Shown: piece by piece, positions 38,350 through 48,552 of the stretch
How positions within the stretch are numbered: position 1 is the first letter of the stretch
How the letters are laid out: each line of letters starts with the position of its first letter
From: Myxococcota bacterium
Lineage (GTDB): Bacteria > Myxococcota_A > UBA796 > CAJQPC01
Direction: 5' to 3'
Assembly: GCA_036012755.1 (NCBI GenBank)
Contig: DASCPX010000179.1
Span: forward strand, 64,001 to 128,000
Length of the DNA: 64,000 nt
Notes under the pieces: model-generated
What the model was told of the DNA's origin: nothing
The model's input: the letters and a program-made list of their open reading frames with translations, nothing else
Databases searched by the model: none
Translations under genes and position numbers: made by a program

Positions 38350-39931
38350 CCTCGGCGTCACTCGGCAGCGCGAAGAGGCTCATGCCGCGGTCGGTCCACA
38401 GGGGCTCGCCCAGGTGCTGGCGGAGCCCTGGCCTCGTCGCGAGGACGTAGCGGAAGCCGGCCGTTTCGCTCCAGTCGCCCGTGATGGGTCGGTTTCGCCT
38501 CGCCTCTTCCAGGGCCACGAAGACGCCGAGCTCGACGAGTCGCCGCTCCCACTCTGCGCCGCGCATCGCGGGGCTCATGTCCCAGGCGATGCCGCCGCCC
38601 TGGGGCTGGCCGTGGATGACCTGGTAGCCGATGAGGTCATTGGGGACGCGCGCCAGGGGCCAGACGAGGATCGGACCGTGGAGCTCGGGCATCTCCGGGA
38701 TGTTGGACTCGATCCACACGTGCTCGACCGGCCTGTCGTTTCGCAGCCCGACCCGGGCGTCGGCCACGCAGACGATCGCGAGCGCAGCCACCGCCACGGG
38801 CCTGAAGCGCCTCGCCCGCGCGACGAGTCCGGCGACGCAGATGGCGAAGGCTGGCAAGCCGAGCCCCAGCCACCGATAGGGCCACCAGAAGCGCTCATGA
38901 CCGGGCAGCCAGTCCATCAGCGCAGCCGGGAGCGCGAAGCTCAGATCGCCCCACATGAGCGGGAAGCCCCGCGAGCCGACGAGGACCGGCCCCAGCGCGA
39001 AGATGACGGCGCTGGCCGCGATGGCCGCGGGGATCCGGAGAGGCCGGAAGACCATGGCGCCGAGCACCGCGGGGACCAGGAGGATGGGCACCTTGCGCGC
39101 AGGCTCGGTGGTGAGCTGGAGCAGGAAAGCGCCCGGGACCTCCAGCGCGCCCGCGTTCTTCTGGGCCAGGGGCTCCAGGCGGTTCATCAACAGCGCGTAG
39201 TGGTTGCCCTCCTCGAAGAAGGCAGGCGCGATCAGGGCGAGTGACGGCAGCACGACGACCAGGGAGACACCGAGCACCCCGAGCGCCGAGGGCTTGCGCC
39301 ACCAGGCCGCCAGCAGGAGCGTGAACAGCACGCCGAACCAGGCGTAGAACCAGTAGCAGGACCCGGTGACGCCCAGGCCGATCCCCGCCACGAGCACGGC
39401 CTTTTTTCCCCCTCCGTCACGCAGCCACAGCATGCCGCCGAGCCAGACCGCCAGGGGTGCCCAGAGACCCTGCTCGGTGCGACCGACACCCGACTCCCAG
39501 ATCGCATAAGCCGAGGCGGTGCCCACGACGACGGCGGCTGCCGCGCCCCAAGGATCCCGCGTCAGCCTCCACCCGGCCCAACCGCAAGCGACCCCGTTGG
39601 CCACCCCCACCACGAGCACCGCCGCGTTGAGCGCCGGCACGGGATCGAGCAGAGCGTGGACCGGAAAGAGCAGGACCTGGGCGCCGACATTCCACAGCAA
39701 GAGCCGCACGTCCTGCCCCTCCGGCCAGGCCAGCTCCGGCCTGAAGAAGGGATTGCGCAGCTCCAGGACACAGTCCACGAAGGAGTGCGACCACCAGATG
39801 CCCGCGCCGAGGTCCGGGTCGCCCAGCCGACCGAGGAGGTGGGTGTCCATCACCTGCACCAGCGGCCAGGACGCCGCGACGACCAGTACGATGGCCAGCG
39901 CGACGAGCGCGCCCCAGAGTCTCACCGCCAC
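38339..39931 (-). CDS. Polytopic membrane protein (GT-C/YfhO-like)
   Basis: D..AG.WW, L.WP.G, WPYRW motifs; many TM segments; divergent from a radical SAM gene. Confidence 0.6.
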   Translation of the reverse strand: MAVRLWGALVALAIVLVVAASWPLVQVMDTHLLGRLGDPDLGAGIWWSHSFVDCVLELRNPFFRPELAWPEGQDVRLLLWNVGAQVLLFPVHALLDPVPALNAAVLVVGVANGVACGWAGWRLTRDPWGAAAAVVVGTASAYAIWESGVGRTEQGLWAPLAVWLGGMLWLRDGGGKKAVLVAGIGLGVTGSCYWFYAWFGVLFTLLLAAWWRKPSALGVLGVSLVVVLPSLALIAPAFFEEGNHYALLMNRLEPLAQKNAGALEVPGAFLLQLTTEPARKVPILLVPAVLGAMVFRPLRIPAAIAASAVIFALGPVLVGSRGFPLMWGDLSFALPAALMDWLPGHERFWWPYRWLGLGLPAFAICVAGLVARARRFRPVAVAALAIVCVADARVGLRNDRPVEHVWIESNIPEMPELHGPILVWPLARVPNDLIGYQVIHGQPQGGGIAWDMSPAMRGAEWERRLVELGVFVALEEARRNRPITGDWSETAGFRYVLATRPGLRQHLGEPLWTDRGMSLFALPSDAEASP

Positions 39932-39969
39932 ACCATGACCTCAGCCTAGCCCAGATAGAGTCGCACCAG

Positions 39970-41496
39970 ATGGCCTCGCCCCTCGACAGACCTCCGCAGG
40001 GGCAGACCCTGGCGCTCGTGTCCCTCTACGACATCGAGAACAACGCCGTGCGTCAGCTCGCCGCCGCGGTGCGCGAGCAGGGTCGACGGGTCGTGGAGGT
40101 CTACTTCAAGGACTGGAAGAACAACCACCTCGAGGAGCCGACCGAGTACGAGCTCCAACAGCTCGCCGAGCTCCTCGAGCGCGAGGGTGTCGGTCTCATC
40201 GGCATCTCCCTGCGCGCCAGCGCTTATGAGCGCATCGCCGGCATGGTCACCACCCGCCTGCGCCGACTCGGGCGCCCGATCGTCCTCGGCGGCTGGCACG
40301 TCACGGTGCGGCCCGAGCGCTGCGACGGCATGGCCGCGGCGCTCTGCCTCGGCGAGGCGGACGTGGCCTTTCCCCGCTTCGTCGAGGCGTGGTTCACGGG
40401 AGGGGACTGGCGCGGCTGCCCCAGCATGCGCTTCGGAGGCACGCAGAACCCGCTGGAGCCCCTGGTCGAGGACCTCGACTCCCTGCCCTGGCGGGACTAC
40501 GCGAGCGAGGACAAGTGGGTGCTGTCGAGGGGCTCCGTCGCCCGCGGAGACCCGATGGCCGCCGACCCGCTCTACCAGGTGATGTGCAGCCACGGCTGCA
40601 TCCAGAAGTGCTCCTTCTGCCACAACTCCTTCGACACCGGAGCCGAGGGGCCGCGGCTGCGCTTCCGCAGCGTCGACAGCGTCCTGGCCGAGCTCGCCGA
40701 GCGTCGGCGCCTCAACCCGAGCATCCGCCGCGTGCGCTTCGACGACGAGGTCTTTGGCCTGTCCAGGAGCTGGCTGCGCGAGTTCGCCGAGCGCTATCCG
40801 GAGGAGGTCGGACTGCCCTTCGACATCCTCACCGAGCCCACGGTGGTCAACGAGGAGTACGTGGAGCTCATCACGGCCGCCGGCGCCCGGGTGGTCCACA
40901 TGGGCATCCAGTCCAACGAGCCCGTCAACCGGGAGCGGCTCGGACGCCGCGCCGACCGGGAGACGACGATGCGAGCGGTGCAGCTGCTCACCGCGGCGGG
41001 CCTCTACATCCGCTACCTCTGCATGGTGGACGTGCCGGGCACCACGTCCGACGACCAACGGAGCCTCTTCCGCTTCCTGCAAGAGGTGCCCAAGCCCTAC
41101 GACCTCTACCTCTTCAGCCTCACCTGGTTCCCCGGGAGCAAGATGGTCGAGGACATGCTGGAGCGCGGCGAGCTCGACCCGAGCCAGGTCGAGGGCACGG
41201 CGACCAAGACCTTCTCCCAGTACCGCGTGGACCTTGGCTGGCCTCGCTCTCCAGAGGACACCTGGTGGCTCGCCCTGATGGTCCTCCAGGCCAGCCAGAC
41301 CATGCCGAACGGCGTGCTGCGACGGATCATGGAGAGCGACTTCAGCAAGGAGTCCCCTCGCCACCTGGTGCTGGCTGCCCACGCGGCGACCCTGGTGAAG
41401 ACGGCCCGCATCGCCAACCGCATGAGGCGCGACGGGGAGCTCACCGCGACCCTGGTGAGACGGTGGTGGAACCCCCAGCAGATGATCACGATGTAG
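39970..41496 (+). CDS. Cobalamin-binding radical SAM protein (paralog A)
   Basis: N-terminal B12 domain (GIS, IVLGG.H, GEAD), SHGCIQKCSFC, RS...V..E, FDDE.F, GIQS. Confidence 0.88.
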   Translation: MASPLDRPPQGQTLALVSLYDIENNAVRQLAAAVREQGRRVVEVYFKDWKNNHLEEPTEYELQQLAELLEREGVGLIGISLRASAYERIAGMVTTRLRRLGRPIVLGGWHVTVRPERCDGMAAALCLGEADVAFPRFVEAWFTGGDWRGCPSMRFGGTQNPLEPLVEDLDSLPWRDYASEDKWVLSRGSVARGDPMAADPLYQVMCSHGCIQKCSFCHNSFDTGAEGPRLRFRSVDSVLAELAERRRLNPSIRRVRFDDEVFGLSRSWLREFAERYPEEVGLPFDILTEPTVVNEEYVELITAAGARVVHMGIQSNEPVNRERLGRRADRETTMRAVQLLTAAGLYIRYLCMVDVPGTTSDDQRSLFRFLQEVPKPYDLYLFSLTWFPGSKMVEDMLERGELDPSQVEGTATKTFSQYRVDLGWPRSPEDTWWLALMVLQASQTMPNGVLRRIMESDFSKESPRHLVLAAHAATLVKTARIANRMRRDGELTATLVRRWWNPQQMITM

Positions 41497-41542
41497 CCGG
41501 ACACCGGAGGTCACACCCTCGGCCAGGTCGTAGGAAGAGCCG

Positions 41543-42337
41543 ATGTTCCTGTTGATGCCCCTGGCGTGCACACCAACAGATGAGCCGAGACCGTCGGTGG
41601 TGCCCGAGGCGGAGGCGACCACGGTCTGCTACTCGCTAGAGAAGAATGAGGACGACGCGACCACAGAGTTGTGGCGGATCGACCTCGCCACGGCCGAGCA
41701 CGACGTCCTCTCCACCTTCGAACCGGGATTCGAACCATGGGGGTCGCACGGTCTCCAGCGCGTGGGAGACCGGTTCATGGGCTTCGATTACTACTCCGAC
41801 CTCCACATCTTCGACCTGTCGTCGGGAATCCAGGAGACCGACGAGCGGGATCTGGACTACAGCGTGATGGTCAGCCACGCTGGCGAGGATCTTCGCGTTG
41901 TCCGCACAGAGGGGATCGACCAACGGCTCTGCTCCTACGCTGGCCCCGAAGACCTGTTGGCTGGCACGGACCAGGGCTGCGTGGTCCTGGAACTGCTCTT
42001 TGGCACCCGCTTCACGTTGCACGAGGGGCTGCTCTACTCGACCTGGCACTCCACCAATGAGTTCACGACCAGCGACGCGGTCACCGGAGAGAACCTGGGG
42101 ACGACCGACCTCGAGAACTGGGACACCTGGGTCTGGGGGCTGAGCGTCGCCGACGGGAAGCTCCACGTGGTAGACGACGGCCGCAACTCGGGGGAGTACA
42201 ACATCCTCATCGGCCTGTTCGACCTGGAGGGCGGGCGAATCGACACCGTCGGCGTCCGGAACGCACACTGGGGGTCTGAGCATCTCGGCGGCTTGTGGTG
42301 CCGCGAAGAAGACCCTCAGCTCGACTCCGCACCCTGA
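41543..42337 (+). CDS. Putative lipoprotein, beta-propeller-like
   Basis: MFLLMPLAC start; beta-rich repeats. Confidence 0.65.
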   Translation: MFLLMPLACTPTDEPRPSVVPEAEATTVCYSLEKNEDDATTELWRIDLATAEHDVLSTFEPGFEPWGSHGLQRVGDRFMGFDYYSDLHIFDLSSGIQETDERDLDYSVMVSHAGEDLRVVRTEGIDQRLCSYAGPEDLLAGTDQGCVVLELLFGTRFTLHEGLLYSTWHSTNEFTTSDAVTGENLGTTDLENWDTWVWGLSVADGKLHVVDDGRNSGEYNILIGLFDLEGGRIDTVGVRNAHWGSEHLGGLWCREEDPQLDSAP

Positions 42338-42389
42338 TCAGCGAGCGTCCGCGACGGCCTCTGAGCTCGTCCAGGGCTGACCGCGTCGG

Positions 42390-42967
42390 CTACACCAAGG
42401 CCTTCTTGCTCGCGTAGTCATCGAGCGCCGCACGCAGCGGGCCCTCCGCTGGCCACTGTTCGGGTCCGGCCGCCATCAGCGCGGCCACAGCCTGGTCGAT
42501 CCACTCGGACGAGGCGCTCTCGAGCTGCCTCGCCGCGTTCTTTCGCTCCTGTATGACCTGGCCCGGGCCGCCCGCGGGCATGGCCTCCAGACCCAGCTTC
42601 GTGGCGAGCCCCTGGCCCGCCGCATCTCGGGCTTGATGGCGTTGAACCCGGTCTCGCAGAACAGGGCCCAGTCATCCTCGACCTCCAGCACCACGTCGCC
42701 GAGGTGCCAGCGGGAGACCTCGCACTCGGGCTCCGGCCAGTCCACGGCGGCACTGTCGTGGGAGGCACTGTCGTGGGAGGCACTGTCGTGGGAGGCACTG
42801 TCGTGGGAGGCACTGTCGTGGGAGGCACTGTCGTGGGAGGCACTGTCGTACGAGTCGGAGTCGCCACCAGAGTCCCCGATCTCCACGCCGGTGTCGCACT
42901 CCGCGCCGGGGTCGCCGGCGATCTGGCGCGGATCGCCGCAGGCGAGGAGGACGACTGGGATGAGCAT
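42390..42967 (-). pseudogene. Lipoprotein N-terminus (DSASH repeats) joined out of frame to an unrelated C-terminal fragment
   Basis: MLIPVVLLAC...FCETGFNAI, then the frame loses coding character. Another frame (QARDAAGQG...YASKKALV*) runs to 42390. Confidence 0.5.
42749..42849. repeat. 15-bp coding tandem repeat x6 + partial (DSASH on minus strand)
   Basis: cactgtcgtgggagg x6. Confidence 0.95.
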
Positions 42968-42999
42968 GGACTCACGCTACGGTCGACCGACCCGCCAGG

Positions 43000-43326
43000 T
43001 CACCGTCGCGCCGATGTCGTCGTGCGTTCGGACCGCCTGGACCGCCTCGACCGAAGCCCCGCGAACAAGACCAGGACGAGAGCGCCGGAGCTGCCGCAGC
43101 CTCCCTCCGGCACCCCCTCGGCACCACCGTAGAGGAGGTAGGCTGCGCCGGTGAAGTCGCTGTCGCCCACCCTGTCGACGCCTACGAGCACGTCGTCGAA
43201 GCCATCGCGGTCGAAGTCGCCAGCGGTGACGAGGCTGGAGCCGAACTGGTCATGGGCGACACCGTCCGAAGCCAGGATCTGCTCCGCGGTCCGCCACGTC
43301 GTCCCTAGCAGCAATCCGACGAGCAC
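43000..43326 (-). CDS. Short FG-GAP protein with MYXO-CTERM-like tail (probably internally deleted)
   Basis: GGGAGAG RBS + GTG; FGSSL..AGDFDRDGFDDVLVG...GAAYL.YG, then GGCG-hydrophobic-RSRR. Confidence 0.55.
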   Translation of the reverse strand: MLVGLLLGTTWRTAEQILASDGVAHDQFGSSLVTAGDFDRDGFDDVLVGVDRVGDSDFTGAAYLLYGGAEGVPEGGCGSSGALVLVLFAGLRSRRSRRSERTTTSARR

Positions 43327-43401
43327 GCGCTCTCCCTGTCCCAAGCTACACCGGCCAGGCCGCGACTGTGACGGATCGGCATCTCGAGCATCCCAACGGG
43401 G

Positions 43402-44418
43402 ATGACCCGATCTCGCAAGCTCGTGATGGCCAGCGTGGTGACGGTGCTCTTGCTGGCCGCAGGCGAGGGAGTCGCCCAGCTGGTGGAGCGGATGCTGCCG
43501 CCCCGAACGCTCCCCCTGCCGACACAGAGCTGCGATGGGCAGTGCCTGGAGGGAGCAGCCTCGCTGCCCCCCCGACCCGACCTCGTGCCCCGGGAGGGCG
43601 GCCACGGCTGGCTCTTCGAGCCGAACACGCGGACCATGCAGGGGGTCCTCTGCGACATCAACGGCCTGGGCCTCCGAGGCAAGGACCCGGAGCCCCGAGT
43701 CCCCGGAGAGCTCCGTCTCGTCAGCGTCGGGGACTCCTCGGCCTTCGGCTACGGGGTGGAGGAGGACGAGGTCTTCCTGTCGGTGGCCGCCGCCGCCCTC
43801 GAGTCCCGGCTCGGCCGGCGGGTGACACCCATGAACGCCGCGATCCCGGGCCACGCCGCGAAGCACTCGCTGGCAATCGTCAAGGACCTCGGCGAAGACC
43901 TCGACCCGGACTGGCTGGTCATCACCAACATCTGGTCCGACCTCTACCACCAGACGAACCTGGCGCCGGAGCGCTCGCCATCGGCCGCGTATCGAATGGC
44001 CAAGCGGCTGTTGACCCCCCTCCTCCCACCGCGAACCATCGGCTGGCTGGAGCCCGACCAGGGGCACGGTCAGCCGGGGCTGGGCCGCGAGCCGCGCTCC
44101 GACCTCGTGGACTACCAGCGCAACCTCCACGCGATGGCCGAGCTCGCCGAAGAGCGCGGCGTGCGCTCGCTGTTCTTGCTGCTCCCAGCCCCGATGGACC
44201 TCGAGAGCCAGCCGGTGCCTGGCTGGATCGCGGACTACCGCGCCGTGATGCGGGGGGTGGCCGAGGACGCGGGAGCGCCGCTGGTGGAGGGACCGGAGGC
44301 GTTGAAGGCCGCCGATCTCGGCCCCGAGGGCTTCTTCGACAACGTGCACCCCTCCGGCCCGACGCACCGGGCCCTCGGCGAGGCCCTGGCGGAGATCCTG
44401 GCCGCAGAACTGGACTGA
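43402..44418 (+). CDS. SGNH/GDSL hydrolase family, membrane-anchored
   Basis: N-terminal TM, N.LGLRG, GDSSAFGYG, NAA.PG, DNVHP. Confidence 0.85.
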   Translation: MTRSRKLVMASVVTVLLLAAGEGVAQLVERMLPPRTLPLPTQSCDGQCLEGAASLPPRPDLVPREGGHGWLFEPNTRTMQGVLCDINGLGLRGKDPEPRVPGELRLVSVGDSSAFGYGVEEDEVFLSVAAAALESRLGRRVTPMNAAIPGHAAKHSLAIVKDLGEDLDPDWLVITNIWSDLYHQTNLAPERSPSAAYRMAKRLLTPLLPPRTIGWLEPDQGHGQPGLGREPRSDLVDYQRNLHAMAELAEERGVRSLFLLLPAPMDLESQPVPGWIADYRAVMRGVAEDAGAPLVEGPEALKAADLGPEGFFDNVHPSGPTHRALGEALAEILAAELD

Positions 44419-44449
44419 GCCGCAAGGCCCAACGGGATAGACGGCGCCG

Positions 44450-44716
44450 GTGACCCGGGTGGAACTGAAGCAGAGTCTGAAGGAGATGATCGTCGAGGTC
44501 TGCGATCTCGACATCGAGCCCGGGCAGATCACGGACGACGAGCGGCTCATCAACGGGGAGGGCGAAGTCGACCTCGGGAGCCTCGATGCTGTCGAGATCG
44601 CCGCTGCCATCGACTACGAGTACGGGGTGCGCATCAAGGACCTCTCGGCCGCCAAGTCGGTCTTCCGCTCGGTCGACTCCCTCGCGGAGCACATCGCCAC
44701 GACGAAGGGATGGTGA
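44450..44716 (+). CDS. Acyl carrier protein
   Basis: LGSLDAVEI Ser motif, acidic 88 aa, F.SV.SLA. Confidence 0.88.
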   Translation: MTRVELKQSLKEMIVEVCDLDIEPGQITDDERLINGEGEVDLGSLDAVEIAAAIDYEYGVRIKDLSAAKSVFRSVDSLAEHIATTKGW

Positions 44717-45825
44717 GGGTCGCGCTCAGCGGCTGGGGCTCCATCTCGGCCCTTGGCTGCTCCAACGACGAGGGGGTGGCCGGACTCCGCGCAGGCCACC
44801 GGGGGCTCGGCTTCGCCCAGCGCTCACCGCACCTCCTCCGGGCCGAGGAGATCCTCGTAGCAGAGGCCCCCTTCGACGTCCCCATCGAGCGACGCGCTCG
44901 GGAGATGGTCGCCGTCGCGGTCGACGAAGCCCTGGCGATGGCCCCGAAGTCCCCAGGGATCGTAGGGGTCTTCGCCGGCACGACCGGGGGTTTCTTCGTG
45001 GACGCGGAGGTGGATCTCCTGTTCGCCCGAGTGGAGGATCCGGAGGCCATCCCCGACTTCGGTCAGCGCGGCCAGGGCGAGCTGGCCACGGTCGTGGCCA
45101 GACAGGCAGGCGCCCTCGGCCCGGTCCTCACCTTCTGCACCGCCTGCACCTCCAGCGCCGCCGCCATGGCCAGCGCTGCTGCCCACCTGCGCGCGGGGAC
45201 CTGCAGCCGAGCGGTGGTGGTCGGCTTCGACCTGCTGTCCAGCCTGACGGTCCAGGGCTTCAAGAGCCTGATGCTCTGCGATCCCGAGCCCTGCCGCCCC
45301 TTCGACACCACCCGGGCCGGGCTGCAGGTCGGCGAAGGCTGCGGGGTCGTGATCCTCGACGCCGAGGGTGAGGGGCCGTTCGTAGTCCGGGGCTCCTCCA
45401 ATCGCATCGACCCCTCCCACCTGACCGCCAGCGCCACGGACGGCTCGACGGTCGAGCGGGTCATCCGAGAGGCCGTGGGCGACGACGAGATCGTCACCAT
45501 CAAGGCCCACGGCACCGGCACGAGGGACAACGATCTCGCAGAGGGCCGGGGGGTCGCGAGGGCCTTCGGCGACCCGCCGCCCTTCGCCTCCTTGAAGGGC
45601 AGCCTCGGCCACACCCTCGGCGCCGCCGGAGCCCTGGAGACGGCGCTCTGGCTGGGCTGCCTGCGAGCGGGCTTCTGCCCGCCTTCCCGGGGGTTTTGCG
45701 AGCTCGACCCGGACATCGGCGTCTCTCCGATCACACAGCAGATCCCTGCCCTATCGGGGGCTCACCTCTTCAACGCCTTCGGCTTCGGCGGCTCCTGCGT
45801 CGCGATGGTGATCGCCGATGCCTAG
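44710..45825 (+). CDS. Beta-ketoacyl-ACP synthase (KS II / aryl-polyene-type)
   Basis: TACTSS, CRPFD..R.G...GEG, AHGTGT..ND..E, KG..GHTLGAAG, FGFGG. Confidence 0.9.
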   Translation: MVRVALSGWGSISALGCSNDEGVAGLRAGHRGLGFAQRSPHLLRAEEILVAEAPFDVPIERRAREMVAVAVDEALAMAPKSPGIVGVFAGTTGGFFVDAEVDLLFARVEDPEAIPDFGQRGQGELATVVARQAGALGPVLTFCTACTSSAAAMASAAAHLRAGTCSRAVVVGFDLLSSLTVQGFKSLMLCDPEPCRPFDTTRAGLQVGEGCGVVILDAEGEGPFVVRGSSNRIDPSHLTASATDGSTVERVIREAVGDDEIVTIKAHGTGTRDNDLAEGRGVARAFGDPPPFASLKGSLGHTLGAAGALETALWLGCLRAGFCPPSRGFCELDPDIGVSPITQQIPALSGAHLFNAFGFGGSCVAMVIADA

Positions 45826-46573
45826 CGTCGGCATCCACGGGTGGGCCTCGGTCACCACTGCCAAGGGACACAAGGAGCGCTTCGGTCACACCTTCAGGCG
45901 CATCGGCCCCTTCGTGAAGATCGCCCAGCTCGGCGCCACCGACGCGGTCGAGTCGACCCCAGAGGGCCTCGGCGTCTTCCTCGGGACAGGGCTCGGAAAC
46001 ACAGCCGACATCGTGCCCCTGATGACGAGCGTGCTCGATCCGCACCGGCCGCGCTGCTCGCCCATGGCCTTCGCTGGCTGCGTGGGCAACTCGGCGGCCT
46101 TCTTCGTGGCGGCGGTCCTGGGCAGTACCGGACCCAGCGTGACCGTCTCCCAAGAGGAGCTGTCCTTCGAGGCGGCGCTGCTGGAGGCCGTGATCGCGAT
46201 GGACGAGGGGCTGCAATGGGCGCTCGTCGGGGGTGTCGACGTGATGAGCGGCAGCCCGGTAGACCAGCGTCACCGCGTGAACGCAGTCGGGGTCGAGGGA
46301 GAGCTCGGCGAGGGCGCCGCCTTCATCCTGCTCGGACCGCGCGAGGGCGCCACCGCCACAGTCGACCGGGTCGAGCTCGGCACCTTCCCCCTGGACCCGG
46401 CGGACCGGACGCCGCTGTACGGCTGGCGCATGGACCATCCACAGCGCGAGCGCCGCCTGGTCCCCGTCGCGGCGGGACTGCGCATCGTCGAGGCCCTGGA
46501 CCACCCGGGAAGGTACGTGCACCTCAACCGCTCCGCCGGGGGCCTCTCCGCGCGGGTGTGCTTCACGCGATGA
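45818..46573 (+). CDS. Ketosynthase N-terminal / chain-length-factor-like protein
   Basis: RR...F, GVFLGTGLG, SP.AF...V.NS.AF, SFE.ALLEA, GEGAAF; no catalytic Cys/His. Confidence 0.75.
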   Translation: MPSVGIHGWASVTTAKGHKERFGHTFRRIGPFVKIAQLGATDAVESTPEGLGVFLGTGLGNTADIVPLMTSVLDPHRPRCSPMAFAGCVGNSAAFFVAAVLGSTGPSVTVSQEELSFEAALLEAVIAMDEGLQWALVGGVDVMSGSPVDQRHRVNAVGVEGELGEGAAFILLGPREGATATVDRVELGTFPLDPADRTPLYGWRMDHPQRERRLVPVAAGLRIVEALDHPGRYVHLNRSAGGLSARVCFTR

Positions 46574-47412
46574 AGCGCGTCCTGGTCCTGTGGTGGTCTC
46601 AGAGCGGACAGCTCGAGGGCTGCATGCGGGCCTTCTGCGAGCCCCTCGAAGCCAGCGGCGTCGAGCTGGTCTACCGCCGAGTCGAGCCAGCCGTCGCCTA
46701 CCCCTTTCCATGGAGCGTGAGCGCCTTCTTCGGCCAGTTCCCCGAGACCTTCCTCGAAGAGGGCGTCGACATCGACTTCGAGCCCCCGGAGGGCGACTTC
46801 GACCTCGTGATCGTGGCCTCGCAGGTGTGGTTCCTCAAGCCCTCTCCGCCCTTCTGTCGCCTGTTGTCCCGACACCCGGCGCTCTTCGCGGGCCGCCGGG
46901 TCCTGACCCTGGTCGCCTGTCGCAACATGTGGATTCGCGGCTGGGGCCGCCTCGCGGAGCGCATCCGTGAAGCCGGCGGCGACATCACCGACCGGGTCGT
47001 CGCGGTGCACTCGGGCTCTGTTCTGGCCAGCTACTTCACGACCCTGGCCTGGATGCTGACGGGCAAGCGTGACGCCCTGAAGCCGCTCGGAAAGGCCGAG
47101 ATCGCAGCGCAGACGGTCGAGAGGGTCAGGGGCCTGGGCGAGCGCTTCGCCAGCGGCGAGCACGTCGACGAGGCGCCCATCTCGCTCACCCACGCCCTCG
47201 GCGAGCAGCTCGTCGGACGCACGTTCTTCCCTCTTCTGGCGGCCATCGGTCATCTCACGCCGCGACAGGGCATCCTCCGAACACTGTTCGCGTGGTTCCA
47301 GATGAGCTTCACGATCTCGGCGGTCCTGACCCTGCTGGGGCCCTGCATGCTGGTCCGCTTGCTGTTCGGGCGGTGGGTCGACCCGTGGCTCCGGGAGCAG
47401 GCACGGTTATGA
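46570..47412 (+). CDS. darA: Dialkylresorcinol condensing enzyme DarA-like
   Basis: MKRVLV..WSQSGQL, YPFPW....FF..FPE, QVWFL.PS.P, T..ACRNMW. Confidence 0.8.
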   Translation: MKRVLVLWWSQSGQLEGCMRAFCEPLEASGVELVYRRVEPAVAYPFPWSVSAFFGQFPETFLEEGVDIDFEPPEGDFDLVIVASQVWFLKPSPPFCRLLSRHPALFAGRRVLTLVACRNMWIRGWGRLAERIREAGGDITDRVVAVHSGSVLASYFTTLAWMLTGKRDALKPLGKAEIAAQTVERVRGLGERFASGEHVDEAPISLTHALGEQLVGRTFFPLLAAIGHLTPRQGILRTLFAWFQMSFTISAVLTLLGPCMLVRLLFGRWVDPWLREQARL

Positions 47413-47415
47413 GCG

Positions 47416-48552
47416 GTGGTGCCCGCGTTCATCACGCAGACCGGAAGCTACCTGCCCGGACCGCCCCTCGACAATGACGCCATGGAAGCGCGTCTGGGCT
47501 TCCTGGATGATCGCTCCCCGCGGATCAAGCGTCGGATCCTCAGGAACAACGGCATCCAGACCCGCCACTACGCTCTCGATGAAGAGGGCAGGCCAACGGA
47601 GAGCAGCGCGAGCATGGCCGCCAAGGCCATCCGCGAGGCCACCCGCGACATCGATCTGACCACGATCGACCTGCTCGCCTGCGGCACGAGCATCGTCGAG
47701 CACATCGTGCCCGGCCATGCCTCCAGCGTGCACGGAGAGCTTGGGTCCCATCCCTGCGAGATCGTCACCACTGGCGGTGTCTGCTGCGCGGGAATGACCG
47801 CCCTGAAGTACGCGACGATGGCGGTCGGTGGCGGACACGCCAGGCGAGCCGTCGCCAGCGGCAGCGAACGCACCAGCGCCTTCCTGCGCCAGGCGCACTT
47901 CCAGGCGGAGCTTGCAGCGCGCGGCGTCGACGAGGACGAGCCCTATGTCGGCTTCGACCAGTCCTTCTTGCGCTGGATGCTCTCCGACGGCGCCGGGGCC
48001 ATGCTCGTCGAGAACGAGCCCCGTCCCAACGGGCTCTCTCTGCGCGTCGAGTGGATCGAGCTCACGAGCTACGCCAACGAGCTCCCCACCTGCATGTACA
48101 TGGGCGCGGAGCGCACACCATCCGGTGGCCTCACGAGCATGTGGGACCTCGACTCGATGTCCTCGACGCTGACGAAGGGGCTGTTGAACCTCCACCAGGA
48201 CGTGAAGCTGCTCGGCCAGCACGTGGTGGTCGCCGGCGCCAACGCGCTGTTGCGGGCAGCGGAGAAACACGGCCTCGCCCCCTCCGATGTCGACTACCTG
48301 CTGCCTCACTACAGCTCCGAGTTCTTCCGCGACAAGACCCACGCGCAGCTCGACAGCGTCGGCTTCCCGATCCCCACCTCGAAGTGGCGGAGCAACCTGG
48401 TAGAGCGCGGAAACACAGGCTGCGCGAGCATCTTCGTGATGCTCGACGACTTCCTCCGATCAGGCGAGCTCCAGCCGGGCCAGACCGTGTTGTTGCTGGT
48501 GCCGGAGAGCGGGCGCTTCTCCGCTGCCTGGGCGCTGCTCAGGGCCCAATGA
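47416..48552 (+). CDS. darB: StlD/DarB-family beta-ketoacyl synthase III
   Basis: LP..P..ND.ME..LG, ILRNNGI..R.YA, G.CCAG..ALKY, FLRWMLSDGAGA, L.QDVKLL, PHYSS.FF, GNTG.AS, VPESGRFS. Confidence 0.85.
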   Translation: MVPAFITQTGSYLPGPPLDNDAMEARLGFLDDRSPRIKRRILRNNGIQTRHYALDEEGRPTESSASMAAKAIREATRDIDLTTIDLLACGTSIVEHIVPGHASSVHGELGSHPCEIVTTGGVCCAGMTALKYATMAVGGGHARRAVASGSERTSAFLRQAHFQAELAARGVDEDEPYVGFDQSFLRWMLSDGAGAMLVENEPRPNGLSLRVEWIELTSYANELPTCMYMGAERTPSGGLTSMWDLDSMSSTLTKGLLNLHQDVKLLGQHVVVAGANALLRAAEKHGLAPSDVDYLLPHYSSEFFRDKTHAQLDSVGFPIPTSKWRSNLVERGNTGCASIFVMLDDFLRSGELQPGQTVLLLVPESGRFSAAWALLRAQ

